Source of the DNA: Syntrophales bacterium
Lineage (GTDB): Bacteria; Desulfobacterota; Syntrophia; Syntrophales; PHBD01
Assembly: GCA_963668175.1 (NCBI GenBank)
Contig: OY764159.1
Span: 2,688,001-2,752,000, forward strand
Reading direction: 5' to 3'
DNA: 64,000 bases
The notes beneath the pieces were generated by a model. It had not been told where the DNA came from, did not search any database, and saw only the letters and a list, made by a program, of their open reading frames with translations. Position numbers and translations under genes: made by a program. Positions 30,540 through 40,537 of this stretch are shown one piece after another (within the stretch, counting starts at the first letter, position 1; each line of letters starts with the position of its first letter).

Positions 30540-31262
30540 TCAAATATCGCCCTGCTTATTGATATGGCTTTGACCTATCAGAGGTAACTTCATTCCACTC
30601 GGTAGTTCTTCGGCATGTCCTTGAGTATTCCAGACAATCTCTACAAGTTCACGAATTCGATCAACTATTGGTTTAGCGTCATTTCCAAGCTTTCCTAACA
30701 CTACACCTGCATCTCCTATGAGTCCCCAGAATCTATCAAGGTCGGAGATGCGTTTGTGTAATTCAGATTGCAGTGCTTCCAGGCGTTTAAGCAGACGTCT
30801 TTGGTGATCCGCTTCCAGTTTCTCACTTGAAGTAATGAAATCACGAAGTTCATTAATCAGTGTTTGAACACGTATTAGATCACCTTTTGAGAATTCGTAT
30901 ACGAAAGTAACGCCCATTTTGCTGCGTATTACTAAGCGATCTTTTTCGGTCTTAATTTCCCTTTCCAAATTGCTTAACATTTCAAGAGTGTTTTGAAGAA
31001 ATTGATGAATTATACTGCATTTCTCAGACATGGAATGAGATCTAAGCATGGACGGCATTACAAAATTCACGGGAAACATCTTTCCTTTATTCATTTCATC
31101 TAGAATAAGATAAGCTTCCATGAGTATGTCGTATTCTTCTTGTTTCCATGATTGTTCATTCGACATATTTGCAAATGTTGATTCGCAAACATCGATAGCA
31201 CCAGATATTGGATCATGTTTCAGATCTTGCAAGAAATCATCGTCAAAAATCATCATTGTCAC
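30540..31262 (-). CDS. Hypothetical helical protein (AT-rich islet)
   Basis: 240-aa ORF, low GC; no motif recognised. Confidence 0.65.
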   Translation of the reverse strand: MTMMIFDDDFLQDLKHDPISGAIDVCESTFANMSNEQSWKQEEYDILMEAYLILDEMNKGKMFPVNFVMPSMLRSHSMSEKCSIIHQFLQNTLEMLSNLEREIKTEKDRLVIRSKMGVTFVYEFSKGDLIRVQTLINELRDFITSSEKLEADHQRRLLKRLEALQSELHKRISDLDRFWGLIGDAGVVLGKLGNDAKPIVDRIRELVEIVWNTQGHAEELPSGMKLPLIGQSHINKQGDI

Positions 31263-31456
31263 CCCCGATATTGAAATCTGATTTTGTGACTTCTGAATAT
31301 CTTATGTGGTAGACAATAGGAATATTTTATTTAGATGTCAAATATTTTAACTATGATGTGATGAACAATTCCTAGGAAACCATCCCCACAGTCAGTGGAC
31401 GTGATACTTATTGATCGATAGTTCCCTCCGATAAATTAGGAGAAAAAGGGGACGGT

Positions 31457-32483
31457 TGTTAATGCTCAGTAATTAGGTAACCTTTCTGGTATAATAAATA
31501 AACCATAAGGGGATACCTGATGAAGCATTCTGAACAAGTCGTTATCAAGCGATGGGGCCCGATCTTAAAGGAATACGAAAAGACCAAATCAAAAGTTACG
31601 CCCCGTGCCTTTCGATATATCAAGAACCTTTGTGAAGCACATCATATTTCACGGAAAGAACTATATCGTTATTATCGTAAATGGGTTGAAGGCGGCAAGA
31701 GTCCAGAATCCCTTCTCCCCCAAAAACGCGGAGCAAGACCAGGTTCCAGAAGAACGCCCAAAACCATAGAGAGAAACATTGTCAAGGCCTATCGTCGCTT
31801 TGGCTCTAACCGATACGAACTGGTCCTTCTGTTCAAGCCTTATTACCTGGATAAAACGCCTTCGCCGGCCACCATGGATAGAATCAAGGCACGCTATCCG
31901 CTCAATGCAACGGCGAAGAAGATTATCAAGCGTTATGAAAAGAAAACTCCCGGCGAACTGGCCCATATCGATCTGACCAAACTGCCGAAAGATTTACGGT
32001 GCTCATTTAAAATCAAAGAACTCTATGCTGCGGCGGTTTGCGATGATTGCACCAGAATCACCTATGCCGAAATTATCAAGGATAAAAAGGCTTCAACCTT
32101 GACTTATTTCATGGCTCGTTCGTTCTCCTGGTTTAAACAGATATACAATTTTGAGTATGAGGCCGTCATGTCCGATAATGGACCCGAATTCAAAGGAACC
32201 TTGGAACGTGAACATCCCTTTGAAACGATGTGCCAGGAATTGGGCATCAAGCATGTCTATACTAGGCCCTATCGACCGCAGACCAATGGAAAGATTGAGG
32301 CCTTTTTCCGAATTTTAAAAGAGGAGTTTTGCTATTCAAATACCTTCGATTCAGAACAGGATCTCGTCATGAATCTTGGGAATTTTCTCTTCGAATACAA
32401 TCATCTCCGCAGGCATGGTGGATTGAATTATGAAACTCCTTTTGATAAACTACAAAAAGTTACCGAATTAGTGAGCTAGTACA
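31457..32483 (+). mobile_element. IS481-family insertion sequence
   Basis: TGT...ACA ends, imperfect IRs (tgttaatgctcagtaattaggtaac / gttaccgaattagtgagctagtaca), acggt direct repeat on both flanks. Confidence 0.9.
31520..32479 (+). CDS. IS481-family DDE transposase
   Basis: PGELAHID, DDCTR, SDNGPEF, RPQTNGKIE, YN..R.H. Confidence 0.93.
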   Translation: MKHSEQVVIKRWGPILKEYEKTKSKVTPRAFRYIKNLCEAHHISRKELYRYYRKWVEGGKSPESLLPQKRGARPGSRRTPKTIERNIVKAYRRFGSNRYELVLLFKPYYLDKTPSPATMDRIKARYPLNATAKKIIKRYEKKTPGELAHIDLTKLPKDLRCSFKIKELYAAAVCDDCTRITYAEIIKDKKASTLTYFMARSFSWFKQIYNFEYEAVMSDNGPEFKGTLEREHPFETMCQELGIKHVYTRPYRPQTNGKIEAFFRILKEEFCYSNTFDSEQDLVMNLGNFLFEYNHLRRHGGLNYETPFDKLQKVTELVS

Positions 32484-32570
32484 ACGGTTCTATTTATCGG
32501 CTGCGTCAGCCATACGCGGCCGTTCTTTCGAAGAATTCAAACGTTCCTTTTGAATCGCGCGATAAGTTGA

Positions 32571-32837
32571 CTAGTACACATTTTTGCGATGGCCGACTTT
32601 GACCACAATGACGAATAGCCGCCGATCTTCGATCTTACAGATCAACCGATAGTCGCCGATACGGTAGCGCCAGTATTTTCCCAACTCCGGGCCCTTGAGC
32701 GGCTCCCCGATCGTGCGGGGATCATCAAGAGGCTTTATCCTGCTTTCCAGGAACTTGAGTATTCGGCGGATCGTCTGACGGTCCAGGGCTTCAAGATCTT
32801 TTTCGGCCTGGGGCAGGAATTCAATCTTCCAGGCCAT
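32571..32837 (-). CDS. relE: Type II toxin, RelE/StbE family
   Basis: AEKDL..LD, G.PLKG..LG.YWRYRIGDYR.I, VGHRK.VY. Confidence 0.92.
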   Translation of the reverse strand: MAWKIEFLPQAEKDLEALDRQTIRRILKFLESRIKPLDDPRTIGEPLKGPELGKYWRYRIGDYRLICKIEDRRLFVIVVKVGHRKNVY

Positions 32838-33039
32838 ATTTTTTCACCAACTCGTCAAGCGGTATCGTCTTGGACTGATCGAATGTCTGCATCCGTTCTT
32901 CTGAGAGGTAAAAATCTTCCAGATCATCGATGTATGAAACAACCGCTTCCCGAACGTAATGGGTCTTGGTGCGTCCCGTGCGGCTGGAGAGTTTGGCCAG
33001 GCGGCTTTCGATCTCTGACGGCAATCTTACGGCAATCAT
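32821..33039 (-). CDS. Ribbon-helix-helix antitoxin (RelB/CopG-like)
   Basis: AVRLP.EIE.RL..L...TGRTK..YVREA; overlaps toxin; AAGGAGG RBS. Confidence 0.88.
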   Translation of the reverse strand: MIAVRLPSEIESRLAKLSSRTGRTKTHYVREAVVSYIDDLEDFYLSEERMQTFDQSKTIPLDELVKKYGLED

Positions 33040-33050
33040 GTATGAATCCT

Positions 33051-33074
33051 CCTTGATATACATGTATATCAAGG
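33051..33074. promoter_or_regulatory. Perfect 24-bp palindrome, likely TA autoregulatory operator
   Basis: ccttgatatacatgtatatcaagg immediately upstream of the antitoxin RBS. Confidence 0.75.
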
Positions 33075-34239
33075 GCTGACGGATAAGTCAAGGGGCATAC
33101 AAAAAAATGGGGACAACCGCCCCATTTTTTGCTTTTTGAGCGGGTTGCGACTCTGAGCGATGTCTTGGTTTGAAAGTCAAGAAAAGTCAAAGATGGACCT
33201 ATTCCCTGAATATCGGTTCGATATTCGATTTATTCATTTTTGTATGAGGATTCAATTGGCGAAGGTTCTTTTCGGAAGGGACTGACGAAACGGCTGATCG
33301 AGAAGGTAGGAAGCGTAAAGCTTCCTACCTTCTAATGGATTGGTTTATTTCGACCATCCAAGGAGTGTGAATTCTGACACTCTCATCGCTTGGGATCAAG
33401 GAGGCGGAAAGTCCGCTGCTTCACGCCTTCTTGTATGTCAGCTTATCTCAACCAGTCGGGGAGCGTGAAGTCGGATAAGCTGCCGACGTCGTCTTTTATC
33501 TTTCCCTCTTTCTTTACAGATTTTCCTTTCTCTTTGGATTTTCTCGTTTTGTCGCCTGTTTTTAACATAATCATCATCTCCTATCTTTTCTTTTGCCAGG
33601 ATTGATGCTCCGTTGAGACCTGCCCGATGGTAGCGGCTGCTTCTGTCTCCCGGCATCGTTTTCCTGGATTATCGTTCCGGGGATTGCATTCGATTTTCTC
33701 TGCAAACGTTTGTCGCGGTTTTAATGTTTCCCCGCGACTCTCTTTCTGACGGCTTTAGGATGATCCCGAACGTAGCGATTAACAATCAGACGAAATCTGA
33801 ATATGTAATCAGCCAAAGGTGCTTATCCGTATCGGAACCAAACGACACGAAGGATCAGGCTTAGTCTGATGAAATACCTTATATGATAGAAGGATTGCGT
33901 CTGAGAATGGATTGCCCGCACGGATAATAGGCTCTACTGGTTGATAATGCGCCGAGATCGGAGAGAAATGCCGTATTCGGGATATTGCGGCGGGAAGTCG
34001 ACGGTCACGGCTTGTACCGACAATGTCTTCGTTTCCGGCGGAAAGAAAACGGCGGAGAATAAAGCGGAATATTCGGTAGGACAACGGGATGCATGTTTGA
34101 TCGGATTTTATCTGATCCGCCCCTTTTTTGATTCAATATGGAAAGGTTTGGACTTTCCGACGAGGGGATAATACATTGGCGGCTACTTCACGCGCCGGAG
34201 ATGCCTAAACCTATCTGAGAGACCAAAGGACTGGACAAA

Positions 34240-34785
34240 ATGAAAGAGTTGAACAATCTGAGACTTAAGACAAATCACCTTGAGTTAATCGCTGCGACAT
34301 TGGAACATATCTGCAAAGAGCTGGAATCTCCTGAACATCTTGCCGCTTTATTGGGAGCACAGGTGGAACCGGGATGGCCGCCGGGTGAGTATGACCGCGA
34401 TGCCCAGGAATTCTTCCGGGATTGTCTTCAATGCTGGGGTATATCCGTTGTCGGGTGGTATGGTTGGTATGCCGTCCTGCGAGAAGGACCAAGCAAGTCC
34501 TCCACGCTGGTGGGAGCAGGCGGGTATTTTGGCCCTCCGGGTAAAGACGGAGAAGTGGAGATCGGTTTTTCCATGATGCCTTCCTGGCGGAATTTAGGAT
34601 ACGCAACGGAAATAGCTGGAGCGCTCATTGTTAATGCGTTCAACGATGCGCGAGTACAAAAAGTCATTGCTCACGCATCAGCTGAAAATGCAGCATCGAT
34701 AAAGGTTCTCATGAAATGTGGTTTATGTCGTGTATGCAGGGACCAAGAATCAGGTGAGGATCTTTTTGAAATATCGAGGAGCTGA
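34240..34785 (+). CDS. GNAT acetyltransferase (RimJ/RimL family)
   Basis: GEVEIGF...WR..GYATE, EN.AS..VL.K.G. Confidence 0.88.
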   Translation: MKELNNLRLKTNHLELIAATLEHICKELESPEHLAALLGAQVEPGWPPGEYDRDAQEFFRDCLQCWGISVVGWYGWYAVLREGPSKSSTLVGAGGYFGPPGKDGEVEIGFSMMPSWRNLGYATEIAGALIVNAFNDARVQKVIAHASAENAASIKVLMKCGLCRVCRDQESGEDLFEISRS

Positions 34786-34884
34786 TAATGGATGTAATGA
34801 GGACCGTTGTTCCCTTGTTGCCCGCCCCTGCCGGGGCGGGCGGGCCGGAGAAGATGCCGGCATATGGGATGCGGCCTGAAAAGC

Positions 34885-35607
34885 TCAGTACCGCCAGATG
34901 GCGTTGTCCATGCCGATGACGAGGGGGACGCCGGTGTGGCTCACCGTAATGCGGTGGCCGCGGCCGCCGCCGGGAAGCTGGGTCCATACGGAGCCGTTGT
35001 GGTAATAGATGGCGTCGTCCATGCCGATGACCCAGGCATTGCCCCGCCCGTCCACGGCGATGTCCTTGCCCTTGCCGCCGCCGGGGAGCTGCACCCAGCC
35101 GCTGCCGGTGCCCTTGTAAATGCCGTTGTCCGTGCCGATGACGAAGGGCGTGCCGTTATGGCTCACGGCGATGGCGAAACCCTTCCCGCTGCCGGGATAC
35201 TGGGTCCAGGTGGAGCCGTTGTGATAGTAGATGCCGTCGTCCATGCCGATGACCCAGGCATTGCCGCGTCCGTCCACGGCGATGTCCTTGCCCCTGCCGC
35301 CGCCGGGAAGCTGCGTCCAGCCGTTGCCGGTGCCCTTGTAGATGCCGTTGTCCGTGCCGATGACGAAAGGCGTGCCGTGGGAGGTGACGGCGATGGCGTA
35401 GCCCTTGCCGCCCCCGGGATACTGCTGCCAGCCGCCGCCGTTATGGAAGTAGATGCCCAGGTCGGACCCGATGGTCCAGGCCGTCGAGATGCCGCCGCTT
35501 ACGGCGACGTCCTTGCCGATGCCCCCCAGCGACTTCCAGTCCGCATGGGCCGCCGCGGCGATGTGGAGAACGAGCAACATCGTCAACCAGAATAACGTCT
35601 TTTTCAT
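34885..35607 (-). CDS. Exported tectonin-like beta-propeller lectin
   Basis: Signal peptide; six ~37-aa W.Q.PG.G...IAV...G.(P/A)(F/W)VIG.D..IY repeats. Confidence 0.8.
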   Translation of the reverse strand: MKKTLFWLTMLLVLHIAAAAHADWKSLGGIGKDVAVSGGISTAWTIGSDLGIYFHNGGGWQQYPGGGKGYAIAVTSHGTPFVIGTDNGIYKGTGNGWTQLPGGGRGKDIAVDGRGNAWVIGMDDGIYYHNGSTWTQYPGSGKGFAIAVSHNGTPFVIGTDNGIYKGTGSGWVQLPGGGKGKDIAVDGRGNAWVIGMDDAIYYHNGSVWTQLPGGGRGHRITVSHTGVPLVIGMDNAIWRY

Positions 35608-35900
35608 AAATCGTTGTCCTTTCTCGTAGTCTGAAAGAGTAACCTTCCGCCATTTGTTGCGTCTGTGCCGTTATAACGGCTTACACTGTATGATGAGGGC
35701 GATATGATAGGCGAATTGACCGCCGCCGTCAATATAAATGCGACGCGGGCATAGCAGGAAAACAGCAGGGGCAAGGACAGACGGCGTGACGCTTTTCGGA
35801 CGGCGCAAACGAAACGCTAGGCGCGCCGGGTACGTGTCCCCGGTTCCGGGGCGGCGTTGAAGCGACGGCGGATAGAAGAGAGCGTTGCGGCCGCCGTTTC

Positions 35901-36251
35901 CTAGGGGCGGCCTTCGGTTGCGCAGCGCAAACGCCGGACCAGGGCGAGAAGCGCCAGGGAAAGGCGGCGCACGCTGTAGCCTTCAAGGTCCGTCAGGGGG
36001 TCGATGTCCCTGGTGAAGACGTCGTTCAGGCCGAGGAGGTTCGCTTCGATTTCGTCGAGGACGGCGCCCGTGTCGGGGCTGCCTTTGCGGCCGAGTTCCG
36101 TCAGACGCGCGGCGACGCCGGTAAGGTAAAGCCAGCGGTTCTGCGGGGCCGGGCCTTCCGCCGCAAGCCCTTCGGCGGGGACGCCGGGATCGGTTCCCTC
36201 GGATTTGAGGGCGCGGCGGTCGCAGCGGTTCTGGGGCGGTTTTGTCTTCAT
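35901..36251 (-). CDS. Hypothetical protein
   Basis: Plausible ORF only. Confidence 0.4.
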   Translation of the reverse strand: MKTKPPQNRCDRRALKSEGTDPGVPAEGLAAEGPAPQNRWLYLTGVAARLTELGRKGSPDTGAVLDEIEANLLGLNDVFTRDIDPLTDLEGYSVRRLSLALLALVRRLRCATEGRP

Positions 36252-36414
36252 CTCACTTTTATTCAGCCATGGGGCGCCCCGCGGGACGGCGGGTTCGCTT
36301 GCGATGCGGCGAGTCTAGGACGAACGGCCTGTTTTGTCAATGCGGTCCGGGCGTCTTCCCGGGGTTGCTTCGTCCGGCGGCGCGTGGTATGGTAGCTGCA
36401 AGGAGTGTTGCACC

Positions 36415-36735
36415 ATGACGCTGAAAAAGGCAAAGACCCTGGCCTTGATGCTTGCGGGACTGTTCTTCCTGACGGCCCTTCACGCCGTTTCTGCGGCGGG
36501 GCAGACGGATGTCCTGCGCGCGACGGGCAAGATGTACAAGGCGGCCCATGCCGCCGCCCCCGCCGTCGCCGCCAAGCAGAAGAAGGACAGGGGCGATCAT
36601 GCCGCCGCGTGGGAACAGCGGACGGCCGCGCCTTGCCTGCCCGACGCGGGCGCACCCGCCGTCATGCGGGAAGAGGTGCGCTCCCCGGAAAGCGTTGCTC
36701 CGTTATCGAACAAAGACCCGCCGTTACCAACCTGA
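36415..36735 (+). CDS. Exported hypothetical protein
   Basis: Signal peptide, AGGAG RBS, sigma54-like TGGTAT-N5-CTGCA at 36385-36400. Confidence 0.55.
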   Translation: MTLKKAKTLALMLAGLFFLTALHAVSAAGQTDVLRATGKMYKAAHAAAPAVAAKQKKDRGDHAAAWEQRTAAPCLPDAGAPAVMREEVRSPESVAPLSNKDPPLPT

Positions 36736-36898
36736 TAGACATCACCCATTTTCACAGGCCTGAATAGTCCCGCATCCGGCGTTGCCCGGCACGATTCGTG
36801 CTGCCGAAGACAGAAGGATGCGAGGACGTACGCATTCCCCCAGGTGTTCGGCGCGCCGGCGCCGGAAACATCCGCATCCATCGGGTAAGGAGGTCGGT

Positions 36899-37021
36899 AT
36901 GTCCGATTTTATGATGGAATTGTTGGTTCTCGGCGGGCTTCTGCTGTTGTTCGTTCCCGTCGCCTATAAAATGATCCGGAAGGGCGGGGAGCCCGGCCGG
37001 GAGGACCCGGACAAAGGATAG
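36899..37021 (+). CDS. 40-aa single-TM small protein
   Basis: Strong AAGGAGG RBS; sigma54-like CGGCAC-N5-GTGCT at 36787-36802. Confidence 0.5.
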   Translation: MSDFMMELLVLGGLLLLFVPVAYKMIRKGGEPGREDPDKG

Positions 37022-37056
37022 ACGGGTCCACAAAAAAAAGAAAGGAGTACCCGAGC

Positions 37057-37593
37057 ATGCGAAAATGCCGTGTCGTTCTGGTCGTGGCGTCTTTCATGGT
37101 CATTATAACGTCTTGCCAGGAAAGCGGGAAGCCGCCCGGTGCAGCCGGAACGGCCGGCGTTTTCGATGCCGGGCGCCTGACGATCAAGGATGCCGACAGC
37201 GTCCGGAAGGTGAAGGGGCAGGTCCTCTACGTGCCCGTCTATTCCAATCTGCCGTGCAAGATGGAAACGACGGTGGACCTGAGCGCCCTCATCGCCATCC
37301 ACAATACCGACCTGCAACGGCCGATCCGGGTCGCCAAGGTGCTTTACTTCGACAACGACGGAAAGCTCGTGAGCGATTTCGTCTCCAGCGATATCGTCCT
37401 GGGGCCCCTGGCGGCGACGCATTTCCGGGTCCCGCGGAGGGACAGGAGCGGGACGGGCGCGAACTTCCTCGTCGAATGGCTGGCCGACGGGCCCGTGACG
37501 GAGCCGGTCGTCGAGTCGGTCATGATCGATTGCGACACGTGCAGCGGCCTGTCCTTTCCGAGCAGGGGCCGGGTGATCCGGGAGATCAGGTAG
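37057..37593 (+). CDS. DUF3124 family lipoprotein
   Basis: GQVLYVPVYS, HNTD, GTGANFLVEW, PVVESVMI. Confidence 0.85.
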   Translation: MRKCRVVLVVASFMVIITSCQESGKPPGAAGTAGVFDAGRLTIKDADSVRKVKGQVLYVPVYSNLPCKMETTVDLSALIAIHNTDLQRPIRVAKVLYFDNDGKLVSDFVSSDIVLGPLAATHFRVPRRDRSGTGANFLVEWLADGPVTEPVVESVMIDCDTCSGLSFPSRGRVIREIR

Positions 37594-37799
37594 GCCGACG
37601 GATCTCTTCCGGGGCCGGAAGGGGCGCGCAAACGGCGGAGAGCTTACGGAGATGCAATTTCCCCCTTGACAATCCGGGCGGGGATGAACAGAATAGGGTT
37701 AAACGTTTCAAAAAAAATATGCAGGGCCGTGCGCCGGGACGCGGACAGAAAAAAACCGGGGCATGAAGGGTCTATAACGCAAAGCGACAAGAGGCGACC

Positions 37800-38099
37800 A
37801 TGAGCAGCGAAGAAGTGAGGATAGGGTCCATCATCGGCCTGGAAGAGGCCGGCGAAGACGGCGTCCTCGTGATCAAGGAGAAGAAAAGCAAGGATATCGT
37901 CAAGGTGCCGTGCAACAGGCTGGGGGTCATGATTGCCCTTCAGCAGAAATTCGGGAACGTCATCACCGAAGGCTGGGGCCTGGTGCCGAACGGCGGCCAC
38001 GTGGGGAAGGTCATCGCCTGGGAGTGCGACGACGACGGCGAACTCGTCGGCTTCACGCCGGTGGAGGACTGGCTCTCCGGCGCCAAACGGAAGAACTGA
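37800..38099 (+). CDS. Hypothetical protein
   Basis: TTGACA-N17-CAGAAT promoter (37666-37694), GAGG RBS, terminator at 38130-38165. Confidence 0.65.
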   Translation: MSSEEVRIGSIIGLEEAGEDGVLVIKEKKSKDIVKVPCNRLGVMIALQQKFGNVITEGWGLVPNGGHVGKVIAWECDDDGELVGFTPVEDWLSGAKRKN

Positions 38100-38285
38100 C
38101 GGGACAGGTACAAGAAAATCGAAATGATTGGGCTGACACGGCAAAGCGCCGGTCAGCCCTTTTTTAGGTCGGGAAAAGAGTATCCGCAGTCATGAACAGG
38201 CTATGTAATACGGGGCCGCTCAACTTGTTCCGCTGCGCACCGCTCAACTGTTGCCTGATCCGGCCCCGGCGGGATGTACGGCCGT

Positions 38286-39143
38286 TTATCCGGCTGAGAC
38301 ACTCGATTGCTCCTTTTTTTTATCGGTTGCGGACGGTTCTTTGGTCTTGTCCACGGCGGAAATGCTGGCTATGATCGACGGCGCCCACTTTTCGCTCGCG
38401 CCCGCAACGAAAGCCATCAGCATGATGCTCCAGTTCGCCTCGGCCGATTTCGATATGAACGGAAGGATGATCCCCGTTTTTACGACCAGGGCAGCAAGAA
38501 CACCCGAAATGCATCCCGTCAGTATTTTGAAGCCGCCTTCGGCGTAATGCAGCATCTTTCCCGATGCAATGTCCAGTTCAGCCTTTCCCATTCTCAGGAG
38601 GATGGATAACAATGCGCCAAGACAGCCGGACGCGCTTGCCATCAGGACCATGAAAACTCCTTCACTCAAAAAAGGCAGCAGGGAGGATCGATGCAGCCAG
38701 AATATGCAGCCTGTGAACAAAACACAGAGCGATACCGCCCCGCACCCGGTGAGATACCACAGCCGCGCCCTTTCATTGTATCGTGTTGAGATAAAATTAT
38801 TCGCTCTATCGAGTGTTTTTCTGGCAATGTCGTAATCGCCATCCAGGGTCCTTGCCATCGCCTCGCCAATCATGATTCGGAATTGCAGCTTAACGCTTTC
38901 GTCGAAATCTCCACTCGGCATGATCTCCTTGACGGCCGCCTCGTTCAGGATTTCGTTATGCGCTTCCGGGCATTTAGGTTTTCTTCGGTCGTACGCTACG
39001 GATGTGTCATAGTGTACCACGCCGTCCGTGCCGACATAAACGACGAAATCTTTGTTGGCCATGACAAGATACTGCCAGTTCAACTTGTTCAGATAGTCGT
39101 CGTCGTCTAGGCTTGATTCACGTCGTTGCTTGTCTTTTATCAT
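38286..39143 (-). CDS. Hypothetical 4-TM membrane protein with soluble N-terminal domain
   Basis: G.LGALLS.L.R and AF.AG.SE..A motifs; GGAGG RBS. Confidence 0.75.
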   Translation of the reverse strand: MIKDKQRRESSLDDDDYLNKLNWQYLVMANKDFVVYVGTDGVVHYDTSVAYDRRKPKCPEAHNEILNEAAVKEIMPSGDFDESVKLQFRIMIGEAMARTLDGDYDIARKTLDRANNFISTRYNERARLWYLTGCGAVSLCVLFTGCIFWLHRSSLLPFLSEGVFMVLMASASGCLGALLSILLRMGKAELDIASGKMLHYAEGGFKILTGCISGVLAALVVKTGIILPFISKSAEANWSIMLMAFVAGASEKWAPSIIASISAVDKTKEPSATDKKKEQSSVSAG

Positions 39144-39306
39144 AGTGAACCTCCAAAATAACGAGAAGGTTCTGCATACGCTTTTCCGTTACCATTATGC
39201 CTTGATCCATAGTTTCCTGAGCTGCGCATCGCCGCCGTCGACCTTGTCCCGTTCGCTGTGTCCCATGCCGTTGACGCGATGCGGCTCGGGGCCGACGGCT
39301 ATCGCG

Positions 39307-40473
39307 CTACATCGCCACGAAGCCTTCCTTGATGTTGAAGACGTTGCCCGTACCCTTGTATTGCATCAGGCGGACGTAATGGCGTTTCTGCTTCGGGGCT
39401 TCCTCGGTTTCCACGTAGGTGTAGATGCCGTTATTATCGTCGCACCACGCGCCGCAGTTGGCGTAGATGTCGTCCCAGGGCGTTTCACTGTCGTGGTTGG
39501 GGTTGTCCGGCACGGGGCCCAACTCGTACCGCAGCATCGTCGGGGTGTGCGTATGCCCGAAGATCACGATATGCTGGCTGTTTTGAGAGCCGTTCTTGCG
39601 GTAATAGTCCCTGGCCGCGATGTCGAGATTGTCGCAATCGCTCTCGACGGCCGTGATGGCACCGGATTTTCCTTTCGCGCCTTCCCATTGCTTGAATAGG
39701 TTCTTATATTCGTCGCCGATTGCCTGGGCCGTCTTTTTGGCCGGGTATCCTGCGATGCCGCTCAAGTTGACTTCGGCGGGAGTCAGGTTTGCGTCCTTGG
39801 CGATCGACTCCATCATGGCCTCGATGAACCGTTGGTCGTCCTTGTGATCCCTGATGTAATAGTAGAGCATCTTGAAGTAGTTCTTTTCCTTGCCCTCGTT
39901 GAATACCTTGTACGTGATCATGCGCGTGATGAAGTAGCCGAGAGGAAGGAACGACTTGCCGGGATTCGTCCAGGTGTCGGGCGAATTGAACATGCCGTAG
40001 CGGTGGCCGTGCTCAGCGGTGAGGGTGCCGATATTATAGGTTCCCAGAGGGACGTTCTTCTCGCTGATGAAGATCATGCCGGGAAAGGTCGATTCGAAGA
40101 ACGATTTTATCTTCGGCATATCTGCGGGGTGCATGGCCATGTCGTGATTCCCTGGCACATAGGCGAGTTTGACTTCGGGGTATGCGGCCAGGGCTTTCAG
40201 ATTGTCGATAACCTTTTTGTTCGCCGTATTGGTGCAGATACTGTCGAAGGAAGTGAGGGGATCGAGCGTAGCCGGGATGACCCAGTTGTCGAAAAGGTCG
40301 CCGAGGATGACCACTTCCTTCACGTCTTTTGCGGTCCGCTGTTCGTCCAGAAATTGGGCCAGCAGTTCGATGCCCTGCGTGAACCAGCAGTACGGATGAT
40401 CGCTGCCCTTGCCTTGATCGTCGCCCATGTGAACGTCGCTGATAAAGATGCGTTTGGTCCTTACTCCTGCCAT
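39307..40473 (-). CDS. Calcineurin-like metallophosphoesterase
   Basis: ISDVH, LGDLFD, PGNHD, EHGH, FGHTH motifs. Confidence 0.9.
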   Translation of the reverse strand: MAGVRTKRIFISDVHMGDDQGKGSDHPYCWFTQGIELLAQFLDEQRTAKDVKEVVILGDLFDNWVIPATLDPLTSFDSICTNTANKKVIDNLKALAAYPEVKLAYVPGNHDMAMHPADMPKIKSFFESTFPGMIFISEKNVPLGTYNIGTLTAEHGHRYGMFNSPDTWTNPGKSFLPLGYFITRMITYKVFNEGKEKNYFKMLYYYIRDHKDDQRFIEAMMESIAKDANLTPAEVNLSGIAGYPAKKTAQAIGDEYKNLFKQWEGAKGKSGAITAVESDCDNLDIAARDYYRKNGSQNSQHIVIFGHTHTPTMLRYELGPVPDNPNHDSETPWDDIYANCGAWCDDNNGIYTYVETEEAPKQKRHYVRLMQYKGTGNVFNIKEGFVAM

Positions 40474-40537
40474 GGCTTTTGTTCCTCCTTTCCCGATTTG
40501 TGTGTCTTTTGATTTTTGTTCGACCCGCAACGCTTTG

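Noticed and set aside
33438..33656. Short ORFs between the TA pair and the GNAT gene
   Set aside because: No recognisable motif; several competing frames
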